From an uncultured Pseudomonadales bacterium (GTDB lineage: Bacteria; Patescibacteriota; Microgenomatia; UBA1400; PJMF01): DNA of 64,000 nt. Location of the stretch: assembly GCA_964583795.1 (NCBI GenBank), contig CAZOWX010000003.1:23978-87977 (forward strand), written 5' to 3'. Shown here piece after piece: positions 46,172 through 55,792 of this stretch. The stretch's first letter is position 1; each line of letters starts with the position of its first letter. A program made the translations under genes and the position numbers. The notes beneath the pieces are model-generated. The model ran no database searches and was not told where the DNA came from. It was given only the letters and a program-made list of their open reading frames with translations.

Positions 46172-46321
46172 ACTAAGTACTTGTTGTTGGCCAATTCCTC
46201 TGGTACAATACCCATCACAACTTTAACACTTGCCGTTGCCATCCCAAACCTTCCAGGTGAAGGAGTCCATTAAGCCTAGCAACAGCACAGTTATCCCGCA
46301 ACGCGGGAAAGAAGGGCCCTT

Positions 46322-46666
46322 ATGATCAAAACATACGAATTTGTTGTCTTGTTTTCTCCAGAACTTAGCGAGAGTGAGTTACAAACCACTCAAGAGTCAC
46401 TGATTTCATTGGTAAAAAAACACAAAGGGAAAGTTGGGTCTGTAGAGACTTGGGGAAAGCGACCATTAGCCTACGCGATCAACAAATTTACCGAAGCAAA
46501 TTACCTCTTCTTTGTTCTTGAGCTCGATACTTCAGCAGTTGAACCTTTCACAAAAGACGTCAAGCTTAACACAAGTGCTATCCGTTCTTTGCTTGTGATT
46601 CAAGAACCCCACTATAAAAAGGGTACGGCAACTGAAGAGCACGTTCAATCGGAAAAATCCGAGTAG
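46322..46666 (+). CDS. rpsF: 30S ribosomal protein S6
   Basis: MIKTYEFVVLFSPEL... Confidence 0.9.
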   Translation: MIKTYEFVVLFSPELSESELQTTQESLISLVKKHKGKVGSVETWGKRPLAYAINKFTEANYLFFVLELDTSAVEPFTKDVKLNTSAIRSLLVIQEPHYKKGTATEEHVQSEKSE

Positions 46667-46790
46667 CCGATGTCAGATTCTTGTCATAATCGGGAGTATA
46701 CTAATAGTTACACATACCAATAAACCAGAGATGAAGAGTCGAGCGGTTATTATCTGATTCGAAATGCTCTCTGAGAAAAAAGGAGTACAC

Positions 46791-47294
46791 ATGTCAGTTC
46801 GATCACTCAATAAAGTGATGATAATAGGCAATCTCACTCGAGATCCACAGATGCGATTCACCCCGACAGGGACCGCTGTGTCAACCTTTGGCATTGCCAC
46901 AAATCGCAGCTGGGTACCTGGAGATGGCGGTGAGCGACAAGAAGAGACTGAGTTTCACAATATTGTGGCTTGGTCAAAGTTAGCGGAAATTTGTGGGCAG
47001 CTGCTACACAAAGGTGACAAAGTCTACGTTGAAGGAAGAATCCGTACTCGAGATTGGAAAACTCAGGAAGGTGATGATCGTCGAACCACAGAGATCATTA
47101 TTGATAACATGATGTTGTTGAGTTCTCGTGGTGGATCAGCGGGCGGATATGCGTCGAGTGATATGGGGTCAGGAACGTCTGATGCTGGGACTCGTGGAGC
47201 TTCACAGCAGTCTGGAAAATCGAGTTCGACAGTCGCACCTGAGCCAGCTGAAGAAGTAGCGGTTGAAGACGTCAGTGACGACATCCCATTTTAA
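46791..47294 (+). CDS. ssb: Single-stranded DNA-binding protein
   Basis: OB fold, G/S-rich tail ending in the acidic DDIPF tip. Confidence 0.9.
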   Translation: MSVRSLNKVMIIGNLTRDPQMRFTPTGTAVSTFGIATNRSWVPGDGGERQEETEFHNIVAWSKLAEICGQLLHKGDKVYVEGRIRTRDWKTQEGDDRRTTEIIIDNMMLLSSRGGSAGGYASSDMGSGTSDAGTRGASQQSGKSSSTVAPEPAEEVAVEDVSDDIPF

Positions 47295-47298
47295 AAAT

Positions 47299-47340
47299 AA
47301 CGAATAGAAGCGAATAAAAACGAATGTAAGCGAATTGTAG
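47299..47340 (+). repeat. ACGAATNNAA-type tandem repeat after the ssb stop
   Basis: aacgaatagaagcgaataaaaacgaatgtaagcgaattgtag. Confidence 0.5.
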
Positions 47341-47426
47341 AATTATGAGATTAGGCCTATTTATTAACAAGTAATTCATAATAAACGAATTTATATATTT
47401 GTTTAAATTCGAAAAGGTAAAAATTT

Positions 47427-47663
47427 ATGTCAAAGCTTTTTCAAAAGAAACGTCGAAAAAACTTGCCTCAGGTTAAAAAAGCACCCGCAAGTTTGAGTTT
47501 CGACTACAAAGATGCTCGCACTTTGCAGCGCTACCTAAGTGAACATGGTGCTATTGAGGGGCGCGATCGGACAGGGTTATCAAATAAACAACAACGTCAG
47601 CTATCTCGAGAGATTAAACGTGCTCGACACCTGGGGATGATGCAGTTTACGCAGACACTGTGA
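47427..47663 (+). CDS. rpsR: 30S ribosomal protein S18
   Basis: ...FDYKDARTLQRYLSEHGAIEGRDRTGLSNKQQRQLSREIKRARHLGMM... Confidence 0.9.
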   Translation: MSKLFQKKRRKNLPQVKKAPASLSFDYKDARTLQRYLSEHGAIEGRDRTGLSNKQQRQLSREIKRARHLGMMQFTQTL

Positions 47664-47670
47664 TAGATTA

Positions 47671-47724
47671 GGTTCTAGGTTCTAGGTTCTAGGTTCTAGG
47701 TTCTAGGTTCTAGGTTCTAGGTTT
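47671..47724 (+). repeat. (GGTTCTA)n heptamer tandem array, about 7.5 units, directly after the rpsR stop
   Basis: Direct reading. Followed by GTTTTGGGCGGAGAGTGTAGAGTG, which resembles the tail of the double-hairpin repeat. Confidence 0.8.
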
Positions 47725-47880
47725 TGGGCGGAGAGTGTAGAGTGCGAAATGTGGATTATAGATTGTGGATGATGGATTTTTTGTACTTGGCTTGAGAGAA
47801 TAGACTTGTAGCTTGTCATTTTGACAGGCTCAATGTAAAAGCTTGCTTGCCCGCCGTAGCTTTACTGTGTCCTCTCGTAG

Positions 47881-47895
47881 TCCCGCAGTGCGGGA
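47881..47895. repeat. 15-bp palindrome TCCCGCAGTGCGGGA
   Basis: Direct reading. Confidence 0.6.
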
Positions 47896-47966
47896 CGAAG
47901 TGGGAGCGGAGGAGGGTAGCTTGTATCTCGTCAACTTCCCCTTATTATCAAAAAGAAGAGAAGCTT

Positions 47967-50276
47967 CTAGCGCTTTTTCTCGTTTGGTTTCGCACTGAGC
48001 GTTGCTATGGCATCTAGCCTTGCCTTTACAGGAGCATTGTCCGGAGAGATTTTCTCAAGGATGTACTGATACTGAGTTGTTGCGCCACTGTAATCGTGTT
48101 CATTTTCTAACAGTTGTCCCAGAAGGTATCGAGCTGAATCATAGTTTGCTTTCATCTCAATCGCTTTGTATAGGCTTGTCTTTGCAGCTGCCAAATCACC
48201 TTTGGCATTTTCTACTAGACCTTCGTAGTACACCAGCTTGGCATCAGTCGGAGAGAGTTTTTGTGCAACTTGGAGTGTTACCAAGGCATCATCGTACAGT
48301 GAAGCACGCGCTTGGGCGAGGGTAACGAGTACTTGGTTTCTGGATTTGTAAAAATTTAAGTGCACAGGATTGAGGCTAATACTTGCATCACTTGCTTCAA
48401 TTGCTGACTTTGCGAACTGTGAGCCGGATGAGTTGTCACCGCTTTCAAGCAACGCAATGGCATACTGACTAGAAATTTTGCTATACAGTTCGTAGTAGAG
48501 AGCTTCTTTGGGTGAAAGTTCAATTGCTAACTTCATTTTTTTCAAAGCAGTCTCGAAGTCATTGGCAATGTATGCCTGTTTGGCCTGTGAGAAGTAGTGG
48601 TCGGCAAACCAGATAGTAGCGACTTGTATCAGTAAAAAAATTGAGATCATTGTAACGAGACTTATGAGCATCCATTGACCTACTGAGATATTTGGGGAAG
48701 AAAGTGGTGTGTGTTTTGTTTTTTCAGGATTAAAGTATTGACTGATCCATGAGAAAAGTTTTGAGAACTTTGTTTTGGGAGTAATTCCAGTTGCACTGTG
48801 AAATGAAAATATTGACCAATGGATTTCTTTCTCACGTGGGATAAATGCAAGTGCTAGTGCCGGGAGGGTGTACATGAGCAGGCTGACCATAACAGTTGAG
48901 AAGCCAAAAAAGTTGGAAATATGAAGCGAAATGAGACCACCGAAAATTGCTGCACTGAACAGTCTTTGATTGAACTCTTTGGCAAACACTGCCTCTTTGA
49001 ATAAAAACCATCCGATTACTACTTGTAAAGCAAGATATGCCCCAAGTCCAAAAATTCCAGTGGTAGCCAGAAAGTTTAACTCTTCGTTATGGGCTTTGTT
49101 GTATAAAAAATCCCACTCGGAAACGAGGTTGTGCTCCATCGGACGATCTTTATAGTAACTGTAGGCGAAGGTCTCTACCCCTGAGCCAAACAGTGGGTAG
49201 CGCTGCCAAACTGCCAAAGCACCCTTCCAAACGATGCGGCGAATATCTCCAGAGTCAGTTCCACCAATCTCAAGCCGATTAACAACTTGTGTAGGGTTTG
49301 CTTGAGTTGCGAAGTCAGGTGATGATGGGGGTTGGTGTTGCAAAGAGAGTGCTTTAGTAAAGGGAGTTCCAAAGACGACACCGGTGATGATGAGTACTGC
49401 AGTGACAAGTATTGCCCATACTGGACGACTCGATCGAAGTTGGCGCTCTTTGAGATATGACACTCCCGCGAGCAATGCGAAAACGATCCAGCCAAGAGAA
49501 AACCCCAAAAAACCAGAGCGCGATTTCGTAAAAAGTAGAGTGGCGAAGACAACAAAACAAAGAGCTACTCCAACGAGCTTAGCTACAGTCGGTGAGGATT
49601 TGGATGGTTTTTCCCAATGTTGTGTCTGAAATAATGCTAAAGCACTCGTCAGTGGTAACAAGAGGGCAAGATATGCTGCCAACCAATTGGGTTGACCAAA
49701 TGTCCCAAACACCCGAGTTTGGACATCCTGAATCCAACAGTTCGCGTCAAACTCGTGTGTGAGCAGTAAACAGCTTGGAGAATGGCCAAAATGCTCTGGA
49801 AAGGCGTACATGGTACTCAGTGTCACACCGACAAAAACAAAGAAAAGCGAAGAGCGCACGTGTTTGCGTTGAACAAACGTTGCCGTTGCGTAAAACAAGA
49901 TGATGTAGGAAATGGTTGACATCAGTCCACCATGAAACCGGGTATAGTAACCAAATATGGAGGTTCGAGGATGGATAGAGAGCGCGGTTGAAATAAGCTG
50001 AGACAAGAAAAACAGTAGCACGTACCGATCAAATGGAGTTTTTCTCCAGTAGATTTTTTTGTCAACAATGGTTTTAGTAAACCATGCGGCAGTGATGACA
50101 ATCACGCCAAAGTACGTCACGATCATTTTGTTAAACTCAAAAATTTCTTCATTTTTCACTAAAAAAACCAATGGTAAAAAAGCAAACAAGCCAAACAGGG
50201 TGAAGCGAATGAGAGCAGAACATGCTAAAGAGAGTAAGTAGCGATTTTCATGTTGTGACTGCATTCGATACGACAT
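47967..50276 (-). CDS. Large polytopic membrane protein: O-antigen-ligase/Wzy-like domain with C-terminal TPR repeats
   Basis: More than 10 TM helices, a Wzy_C-like central region, and a C-terminal ~250 aa of TPR-like repeats. Start chosen at MSYRMQSQ; the ORF extends to 50387. Confidence 0.65.
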   Translation of the reverse strand: MSYRMQSQHENRYLLSLACSALIRFTLFGLFAFLPLVFLVKNEEIFEFNKMIVTYFGVIVITAAWFTKTIVDKKIYWRKTPFDRYVLLFFLSQLISTALSIHPRTSIFGYYTRFHGGLMSTISYIILFYATATFVQRKHVRSSLFFVFVGVTLSTMYAFPEHFGHSPSCLLLTHEFDANCWIQDVQTRVFGTFGQPNWLAAYLALLLPLTSALALFQTQHWEKPSKSSPTVAKLVGVALCFVVFATLLFTKSRSGFLGFSLGWIVFALLAGVSYLKERQLRSSRPVWAILVTAVLIITGVVFGTPFTKALSLQHQPPSSPDFATQANPTQVVNRLEIGGTDSGDIRRIVWKGALAVWQRYPLFGSGVETFAYSYYKDRPMEHNLVSEWDFLYNKAHNEELNFLATTGIFGLGAYLALQVVIGWFLFKEAVFAKEFNQRLFSAAIFGGLISLHISNFFGFSTVMVSLLMYTLPALALAFIPREKEIHWSIFSFHSATGITPKTKFSKLFSWISQYFNPEKTKHTPLSSPNISVGQWMLISLVTMISIFLLIQVATIWFADHYFSQAKQAYIANDFETALKKMKLAIELSPKEALYYELYSKISSQYAIALLESGDNSSGSQFAKSAIEASDASISLNPVHLNFYKSRNQVLVTLAQARASLYDDALVTLQVAQKLSPTDAKLVYYEGLVENAKGDLAAAKTSLYKAIEMKANYDSARYLLGQLLENEHDYSGATTQYQYILEKISPDNAPVKARLDAIATLSAKPNEKKR

Positions 50277-50386
50277 GGCGGTTAGTATATAGTATTTTGT
50301 ATATGGTATGTAGAGGGAAGGGATTGGGGAGTGGGGATTATAGATTATGGATATATGGATGGTGGATTGTGGAATGTGCCAGTCCA

Positions 50387-50425
50387 AGGCTGGTCCGCCT
50401 TGGGCGGAGAGTGTGGATTTAGCGA
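50387..50425 (+). repeat. Double-hairpin repeat (TGCCAGTCCAAGGCTGGTCCGCCTTGGGCGGAGAGTGTG)
   Basis: Identical to the copy at 13446. Confidence 0.6.
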
Positions 50426-50474
50426 CTAGGGATTAGTGCTTGACTTGATGAGTGTGGGTTGTTGCAATTGATTC

Positions 50475-50541
50475 TTGCGGCTTGCGGCTTGCGGCTTGCG
50501 GCTTGCGGCTTGCGGCTTGCGGCTTGCGGCTTGCGGCTTGT
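50475..50541 (+). repeat. (GCGGCTT)n tandem array, about 9 units
   Basis: Direct reading, immediately upstream of mreB. Confidence 0.8.
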
Positions 50542-50552
50542 AGAATGGGGCT

Positions 50553-51638
50553 ATGTTTCGAGATTTTCTGAAGATAAATCATGGGTTAAGCAATGCATTT
50601 TCAAATACAGTTGCTATTGACTTGGGGAGTTATCAAACTCGGTTGATGCTTTCAACGCAAACCCAACCGGTGGTTGTGCCATCGTACTTGGTGCAAAATA
50701 AAGAAGCAGATCGTTTACTGTCGATTGGGCAAACTGCTCTTGAGATAGTTGGTCGCAGTGGAGCAAAGCTTGAAATTATTCGACCAATCAGGGAGGGAAA
50801 CTTTACCGACTATCAGTATGCGAAAGTGTTTCTCGAGCACTGTTTTTCTCTTCTCAAATCGAAAGGACAAAAAAGGGGAGTTTCTTTACCCCAAACGGTC
50901 TATTTTTTTGTTTCATCGCAAATGAATGAGGTTCAGCATCGGGCTTTACTTCGGATTGCTCAAGAAATTGGAATTGCGCATACCCATTTATTAGTGCGAC
51001 CGTTGATTGCAGCCTTGACGAAGCATGCACAGCCCTCTTTACAAGCAATTCAGCCGTTGCAACTGCTTATTGATTGTGGCTATGAATCAACAATTTTTTC
51101 AGTACTTCAGTTTGGAAAAGTATTGCGACATCACCAAGCATGGTATGGAGGAAAGGATTTGACAAAAGCGATGATTCGCTTTTTGAGAACCGCTCATCAT
51201 CTAGAGATTGGTTCACAAGCAGCTGAACGCTTAAAGCAAGAGTGCGCAGCTGTGTTGATAACGACCGATGCACTCAAGCGCAAAGAGTACTTTGTGGTTG
51301 TGCGAGGGCGTGATGTGATGAGTGGGTTACCCAAAACGCATCGACTCAGTGCATTTGAGTTTGAATCGCTATTTGTGCAATTTGTTCAGACGGTGATGGA
51401 TCAACTTGCTTGGGTGATTGATGAATTGGGACCTGAGTTAATGGAAGAACTTATTTTGAAGGGGTTTATGGTGTTTGGAGGAATGGCAATTATTGATCAA
51501 CTAATCAGTACGATTGAGTCTCAGTATGGTACTGTCGTTTTTCGTCCTGCTCAGCCAGATGTGTTATATCATCAGGGTTTTTTGCTGTTTCAACAATTAT
51601 CACACAGCGAGCAGCGTGAGTTTTATTTTTCTTTATGA
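50553..51638 (+). CDS. mreB: Rod-shape-determining protein MreB (divergent actin-like ATPase)
   Basis: VAIDLGSYQTRL phosphate-1, IIRPIREGNF, LLIDCGYESTI phosphate-2, and GGKDLTKAM...ERLKQE align to MreB blocks. Confidence 0.75.
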   Translation: MFRDFLKINHGLSNAFSNTVAIDLGSYQTRLMLSTQTQPVVVPSYLVQNKEADRLLSIGQTALEIVGRSGAKLEIIRPIREGNFTDYQYAKVFLEHCFSLLKSKGQKRGVSLPQTVYFFVSSQMNEVQHRALLRIAQEIGIAHTHLLVRPLIAALTKHAQPSLQAIQPLQLLIDCGYESTIFSVLQFGKVLRHHQAWYGGKDLTKAMIRFLRTAHHLEIGSQAAERLKQECAAVLITTDALKRKEYFVVVRGRDVMSGLPKTHRLSAFEFESLFVQFVQTVMDQLAWVIDELGPELMEELILKGFMVFGGMAIIDQLISTIESQYGTVVFRPAQPDVLYHQGFLLFQQLSHSEQREFYFSL

Positions 51639-52438
51639 TAAAAAAAATGAGTGTACAGCAACGATGGGCGGTGGGGGGCATCTACTGCACCATGTTGGTG
51701 CTTGCGTGTGTCGATACATATTCTCACTTACTGTTCATACGCCAGCCATTTTCTTGGGTGCTGCGCCCGATGCTTCGTGCTGAGCGCTTTTTTGAAACCA
51801 GTGTTAGGTTTCCTGTCCATTTTCTTGCGAATGTCATGCGCTCAGAACAAATGATTGCAGATTTGCAGAGTAAAAACATTCAGCTGCAAGTACAGATTGC
51901 TCAAGCAGAGTTTACGAAGCAAGAGAATCTTCGGTTGCTTCAAGAATTGGAAAAAACGACGAAGTTACCCAACACAGATGTGTTTAAAGTGAGTGTGATC
52001 TCACATTTAGTCCATGTTGATGCAATTAGCGTGCTTGATAAAGGAACTGATGACTTAGTGAAACCTGGTGGGTTGGTATTTATTCAAGGAGTTTTATTTG
52101 GCAAAATTAAAGAAGTAGACCAATTTTTTTCACGGGCTATTTTCTTTAACCAAGGGAGTTGGAGTACGGTCGCCCAGACGCAATCGGGGGTTAAAGGAGT
52201 GATTGTTGGGAAAAAAAATCAAGTCCTTTTTACTCAAGTAGCAGCAGGTGAGCACATTGAGGCTGGGGATCAGCTATTTACTGTCGGGTCCTACGTTGAC
52301 TCAGTACCACCTGGATTATTTTTAGGGCAGATTGGTCAGGTGCAAGAACATATTGGAGCACCAGTACAAACAGCTGTTGTTTCCCAACTGGTTGATATTC
52401 AAGCAACCAAACTTGTGACGATTAAAATGCGGGAATAA
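51635..52438 (+). CDS. mreC: Rod-shape-determining protein MreC
   Basis: N-terminal TM and coiled coil, then a beta domain, with conserved glycines in the C-terminal beta domain (e.g. GGLVFIQGVLFGKIKEV). Overlaps the mreB stop. Confidence 0.7.
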   Translation: MIKKMSVQQRWAVGGIYCTMLVLACVDTYSHLLFIRQPFSWVLRPMLRAERFFETSVRFPVHFLANVMRSEQMIADLQSKNIQLQVQIAQAEFTKQENLRLLQELEKTTKLPNTDVFKVSVISHLVHVDAISVLDKGTDDLVKPGGLVFIQGVLFGKIKEVDQFFSRAIFFNQGSWSTVAQTQSGVKGVIVGKKNQVLFTQVAAGEHIEAGDQLFTVGSYVDSVPPGLFLGQIGQVQEHIGAPVQTAVVSQLVDIQATKLVTIKMRE

Positions 52439-52673
52439 AGCCAAATACGAGCCAGATAATGATTCCGGCTAAGATTAAAAAGAGCAAAAAGAGGCCTAAA
52501 TTGGATTTAAGATTTTTGTTGCGCTGGTCCGAGCGAACGGTATCGACACTAATAATAATAGTAAAGGCAATGATTCCCCAAATAACGAAACGAACAATGA
52601 CTGACCAGACGCTATCGACAGCAAACAAAGTTTGAAAAAGGGATTTTGCTTGATCAAAAAGTGTTGAGTTCAC
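52422..52673 (-). CDS. hypothetical small two-TM protein
   Basis: 83-aa ORF on the opposite strand between mreC and mreD. Could be spurious. Confidence 0.25.
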   Translation of the reverse strand: MNSTLFDQAKSLFQTLFAVDSVWSVIVRFVIWGIIAFTIIISVDTVRSDQRNKNLKSNLGLFLLFLILAGIIIWLVFGFIPAF

Positions 52674-52767
52674 ACATCAAGCATACGAAAGTTTTGTGTG
52701 TTTGACAACTACAGACGAAAAAGAATTAATCGCTTTAAGGCTATTAACCTTGAGCTGAGGTAACACG

Positions 52768-53241
52768 ATGTTGCATACCAATATTTTCAAACTGCTCTCG
52801 CTTATTGTAAGTTACTTCTTATTGATGATTCTGGACGCAAGTTTGGGTGTACACACCATGAGTACGGGATTTTTACTGGCACTGTTGTTATTTACCCCTA
52901 TATCAAGGACTCTATTGTTACTGCTTTTTTTGACTTTGACTCACGACGTACGCTTTGCACTACCTTTGGGGGGAAGTTTTGTGGGTATTGTCCCGTTTTA
53001 CTTTGTGTTGCCATACTTGATCAAAGTTTTGCGCTCACGTTTTGTCGTGTTGCTGTGTTACCTGATCATTGTTTCCCTGATATTTTCATTGACTGAGCTT
53101 GGGGAGTTGATGAGCTTTTCAACTCTGCTTAAAACAGGCCTGAGTGCTTTTGGTTGGGTATTTGTGGTTTATTTGTATGCCCTGCGACGCTATCAGGACT
53201 TTTCATTTAGTACCAAACAAAAACACATCCGTTTTGATTAA
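52768..53241 (+). CDS. MreD-like membrane protein
   Basis: 157 aa, about 5 TM helices, in the mreBCD position upstream of PBP2. Confidence 0.45.
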   Translation: MLHTNIFKLLSLIVSYFLLMILDASLGVHTMSTGFLLALLLFTPISRTLLLLLFLTLTHDVRFALPLGGSFVGIVPFYFVLPYLIKVLRSRFVVLLCYLIIVSLIFSLTELGELMSFSTLLKTGLSAFGWVFVVYLYALRRYQDFSFSTKQKHIRFD

Positions 53242-53246
53242 TCCTT

Positions 53247-54998
53247 ATGAACCTTCATTCACTTGAACAACCAAAGAAGACTCGAGCTTGGTTGATGCCG
53301 TCAGTCAGTGTGGCACTATTTATGTTGTTGGTGGTGCGAGTGGTTGATTTACAAGTTGTCCAGGCTGCCAAACTTCGCTCTGTCGCCGAAAGCAATCGTT
53401 TTTTTCATAAAGTTCTTGGATCTGATCGTGGATTGATCGTGGATCGGTTTGGAATGCCGTTGGTATTCAATAAACCGGTGTATTACCGCTTAAGTTCACC
53501 AAGTCGGTTGTATAGCCAGAGGACTTTAGTTGATGAAAGTGATGCGCTGCAGCTCATTGCCACCGCCAGCAGTAGTGTGTTTATGCAACAGTTTCGAGAA
53601 TATAAGTATCCAGAAAGCTTATCCCAAATTACCGGATATGTGGGATCTGTGACCCGAGAAGATCTCGATAGAGATCCCGATTTGTTGCTCACTCACCAAA
53701 TTGGAAAGGTGGGGTTAGAGAGTACCTATCAATCAATACTACAAGGTGAGGATGGTGAGATGGTGTATGAAACAGATGCGAAAGGAGAAATTATTCGCAC
53801 TGTGAGTGAAAAAGACCCGGTTGCGGGAAAACATATTCAAACAGCTGTAGATGCTGAGTTATCGGAGTATGCGTTTGGACTGCTCAAAGGGAAAAAGGCA
53901 GCGATTTTAGTGGGTAATCCCAACACAGGTGAGTTGTTAACGCTCGTTAGTAGTCCCACGTTTAATGCGAACCAATTTACCATCCCAAGTATGAGCGAAA
54001 CACAGGAGTTAGAAAAACGGACCCTGCTCGCGTCCTATTTTCAAAATCCTGATAAGTTGTTCTTTAATCGAGCGTTGGCTGGTGGTTATCCCCCTGGAAG
54101 TGTGTTTAAAACGGTGACGGCATTGGGTGCTTTGGAAGATGGCGTGATTGATGAGGAGACGAGTGTGGATGATCAGGGAGTGCTAAAAGTAGGTGATTTT
54201 CAGTATGGAAATTGGTATTACCGGCAGTATGGACGGGTAGAAGGTTCAATCCAACTTGTTCGTGCGATTGCCCGAAGCAATGATATTTATTTTTATAAAG
54301 CTGCAGAGTGGTTGGGGCCCGATCGACTGGCGCAAATGGCGAGACTGGTGGGGTTTGGTGCCAAAACAGGCATTGAGCTACCTGCTGAAGCGTTGGGAAT
54401 TGTTCCAGACCCAGAGTGGAAAGAAAAGGCTGTTGGGACAAAGTGGTATTTGGGGGACACGTATCATGTGGGAATTGGTCAGGGAGACTTATTGGTGACG
54501 CCAGCACAGGTTTTTCAAGCGATGACTGTGTTTGCGAATAAAGGAAAACTGTGCGCTCCGACGTTGATCAAAGGAAAGAGTGGCAACTGCAAAGATATTT
54601 CTGTGGACAGTGCACATCTTGATACCATAAATAAAGGTTTGGAGGGGGTTTGTTCAGCTGGCGGGACGGCGTTCTCATTTTTTCCTTGGAATGCTAAAGA
54701 GACACAGAAGGTTTTTTGTAAAACGGGTACCGCTGAGTTTGGGGCAGCTGATGCGAAAGGTCATCGCAAAACGCATGGGTGGTTTATCGGGTTCACTCAT
54801 CTCAATACGCACAGTAGTGACGTGCGATTGGTAGAAAATGGCAGAGTGACAGAGCAAACTGTTTCAGAGCAGTATCCTCAGGATATTTTGATGGTGGTAC
54901 TGGTTGAAAGTGACGAGGACAAGCCATTTAAGGAAGGCTCAGCTGATGCAGCGCCGATTGCGCTGGAGATTTTGAAATGGATTGATGGGCATCGGTAG
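53247..54998 (+). CDS. mrdA: Penicillin-binding protein 2 (class B transpeptidase)
   Basis: N-terminal TM, GSVFKTVTAL (SxxK), SND-like, KTGTAE (KTG). Confidence 0.9.
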   Translation: MNLHSLEQPKKTRAWLMPSVSVALFMLLVVRVVDLQVVQAAKLRSVAESNRFFHKVLGSDRGLIVDRFGMPLVFNKPVYYRLSSPSRLYSQRTLVDESDALQLIATASSSVFMQQFREYKYPESLSQITGYVGSVTREDLDRDPDLLLTHQIGKVGLESTYQSILQGEDGEMVYETDAKGEIIRTVSEKDPVAGKHIQTAVDAELSEYAFGLLKGKKAAILVGNPNTGELLTLVSSPTFNANQFTIPSMSETQELEKRTLLASYFQNPDKLFFNRALAGGYPPGSVFKTVTALGALEDGVIDEETSVDDQGVLKVGDFQYGNWYYRQYGRVEGSIQLVRAIARSNDIYFYKAAEWLGPDRLAQMARLVGFGAKTGIELPAEALGIVPDPEWKEKAVGTKWYLGDTYHVGIGQGDLLVTPAQVFQAMTVFANKGKLCAPTLIKGKSGNCKDISVDSAHLDTINKGLEGVCSAGGTAFSFFPWNAKETQKVFCKTGTAEFGAADAKGHRKTHGWFIGFTHLNTHSSDVRLVENGRVTEQTVSEQYPQDILMVVLVESDEDKPFKEGSADAAPIALEILKWIDGHR

Positions 54999-55167
54999 GA
55001 TATTTTAGGTGTCAGGTGTCCCTCCTTCGCTGAAGCTGCGGCGGGCGCGGCAGGTGTCAGCAGTTAGCGACTAGCGACTAGGGGTTAGTGGAACAGTGGA
55101 CAGTTAATAGTAGACAGTGATCAGTAGTCAGGATTCAGGGTTTAGGCCTTAGGGAATAGAAATACTT

Positions 55168-55228
55168 GTCATCCCCCGTCTCTTTGGTGGTCAGGCCTGA
55201 TGTCCATCGGGGGATCTAAAGTCAGAGC
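55168..55228 (+). repeat. Hairpin MITE-like repeat (GTCATCCCCCGTCTC...CCATCGGGGGATCTAAAGTCAGAGC)
   Basis: Stem ATCCCCCG / CGGGGGAT. Confidence 0.5.
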
Positions 55229-55256
55229 ACTTACTCTAAAGCAAGAAAACTAAAAA

Positions 55257-55295
55257 GTCGTCATCCCGAATTCGATTCGGGATCTAAAGTCAGAG
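55257..55295 (+). repeat. Hairpin MITE-like repeat, core copy (GTCGTCATCCCGAATTCGATTCGGGATCTAAAGTCAGAG)
   Basis: Near-identical to 13524 and 29399. Confidence 0.65.
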
Positions 55296-55435
55296 TTCCC
55301 GATCGAAAGTGCAATACCCATTGTTATCCGGCGAACTCGTGCCCTAAGGGTAAAACAGGATCTATCTCATCGAACAGAAAATGCAACTCAAAAGCAAAAA
55401 AAAAGATCTGTTTCAATTCTCAATAAAAGTACCTA

Positions 55436-55498
55436 TCTGACTTTAGATCCTGAATCCGTCTTGCTCATATCTTCGCTAGACTGTTCAGGATGACGACT
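55436..55498 (-). repeat. Hairpin MITE-like repeat, inverted orientation (TCTGACTTTAGATCCTGAATCCGTC...CTGTTCAGGATGACGAC)
   Basis: Inverted relative to 55257. Related to 6408 and 24577. Confidence 0.55.
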
Positions 55499-55792
55499 TT
55501 TTATTTTCTCTGCTTTCGAGTTAAATTTTCTTACTTTAACGGTTTAGATGTGGTCATTTTTTCAACCTTGATACTTACAATTTAAAAACATGCAATTTTT
55601 ACTGACCAGTAATATCAATTGAAGTGGTAACGTTTGTGTCACTTGCAACCTGCAACTTGCATCTTGTAACCACTACAGAGCTTGCAACTTGTAGCTATTA
55701 AAATCCCTAATCTTGGAATTTTTGACTTGGAATTTGGAATTTGCTTTGAGCAATGTCACTTTCTTGTCAGAATTGATGTGTATGATCAACTC

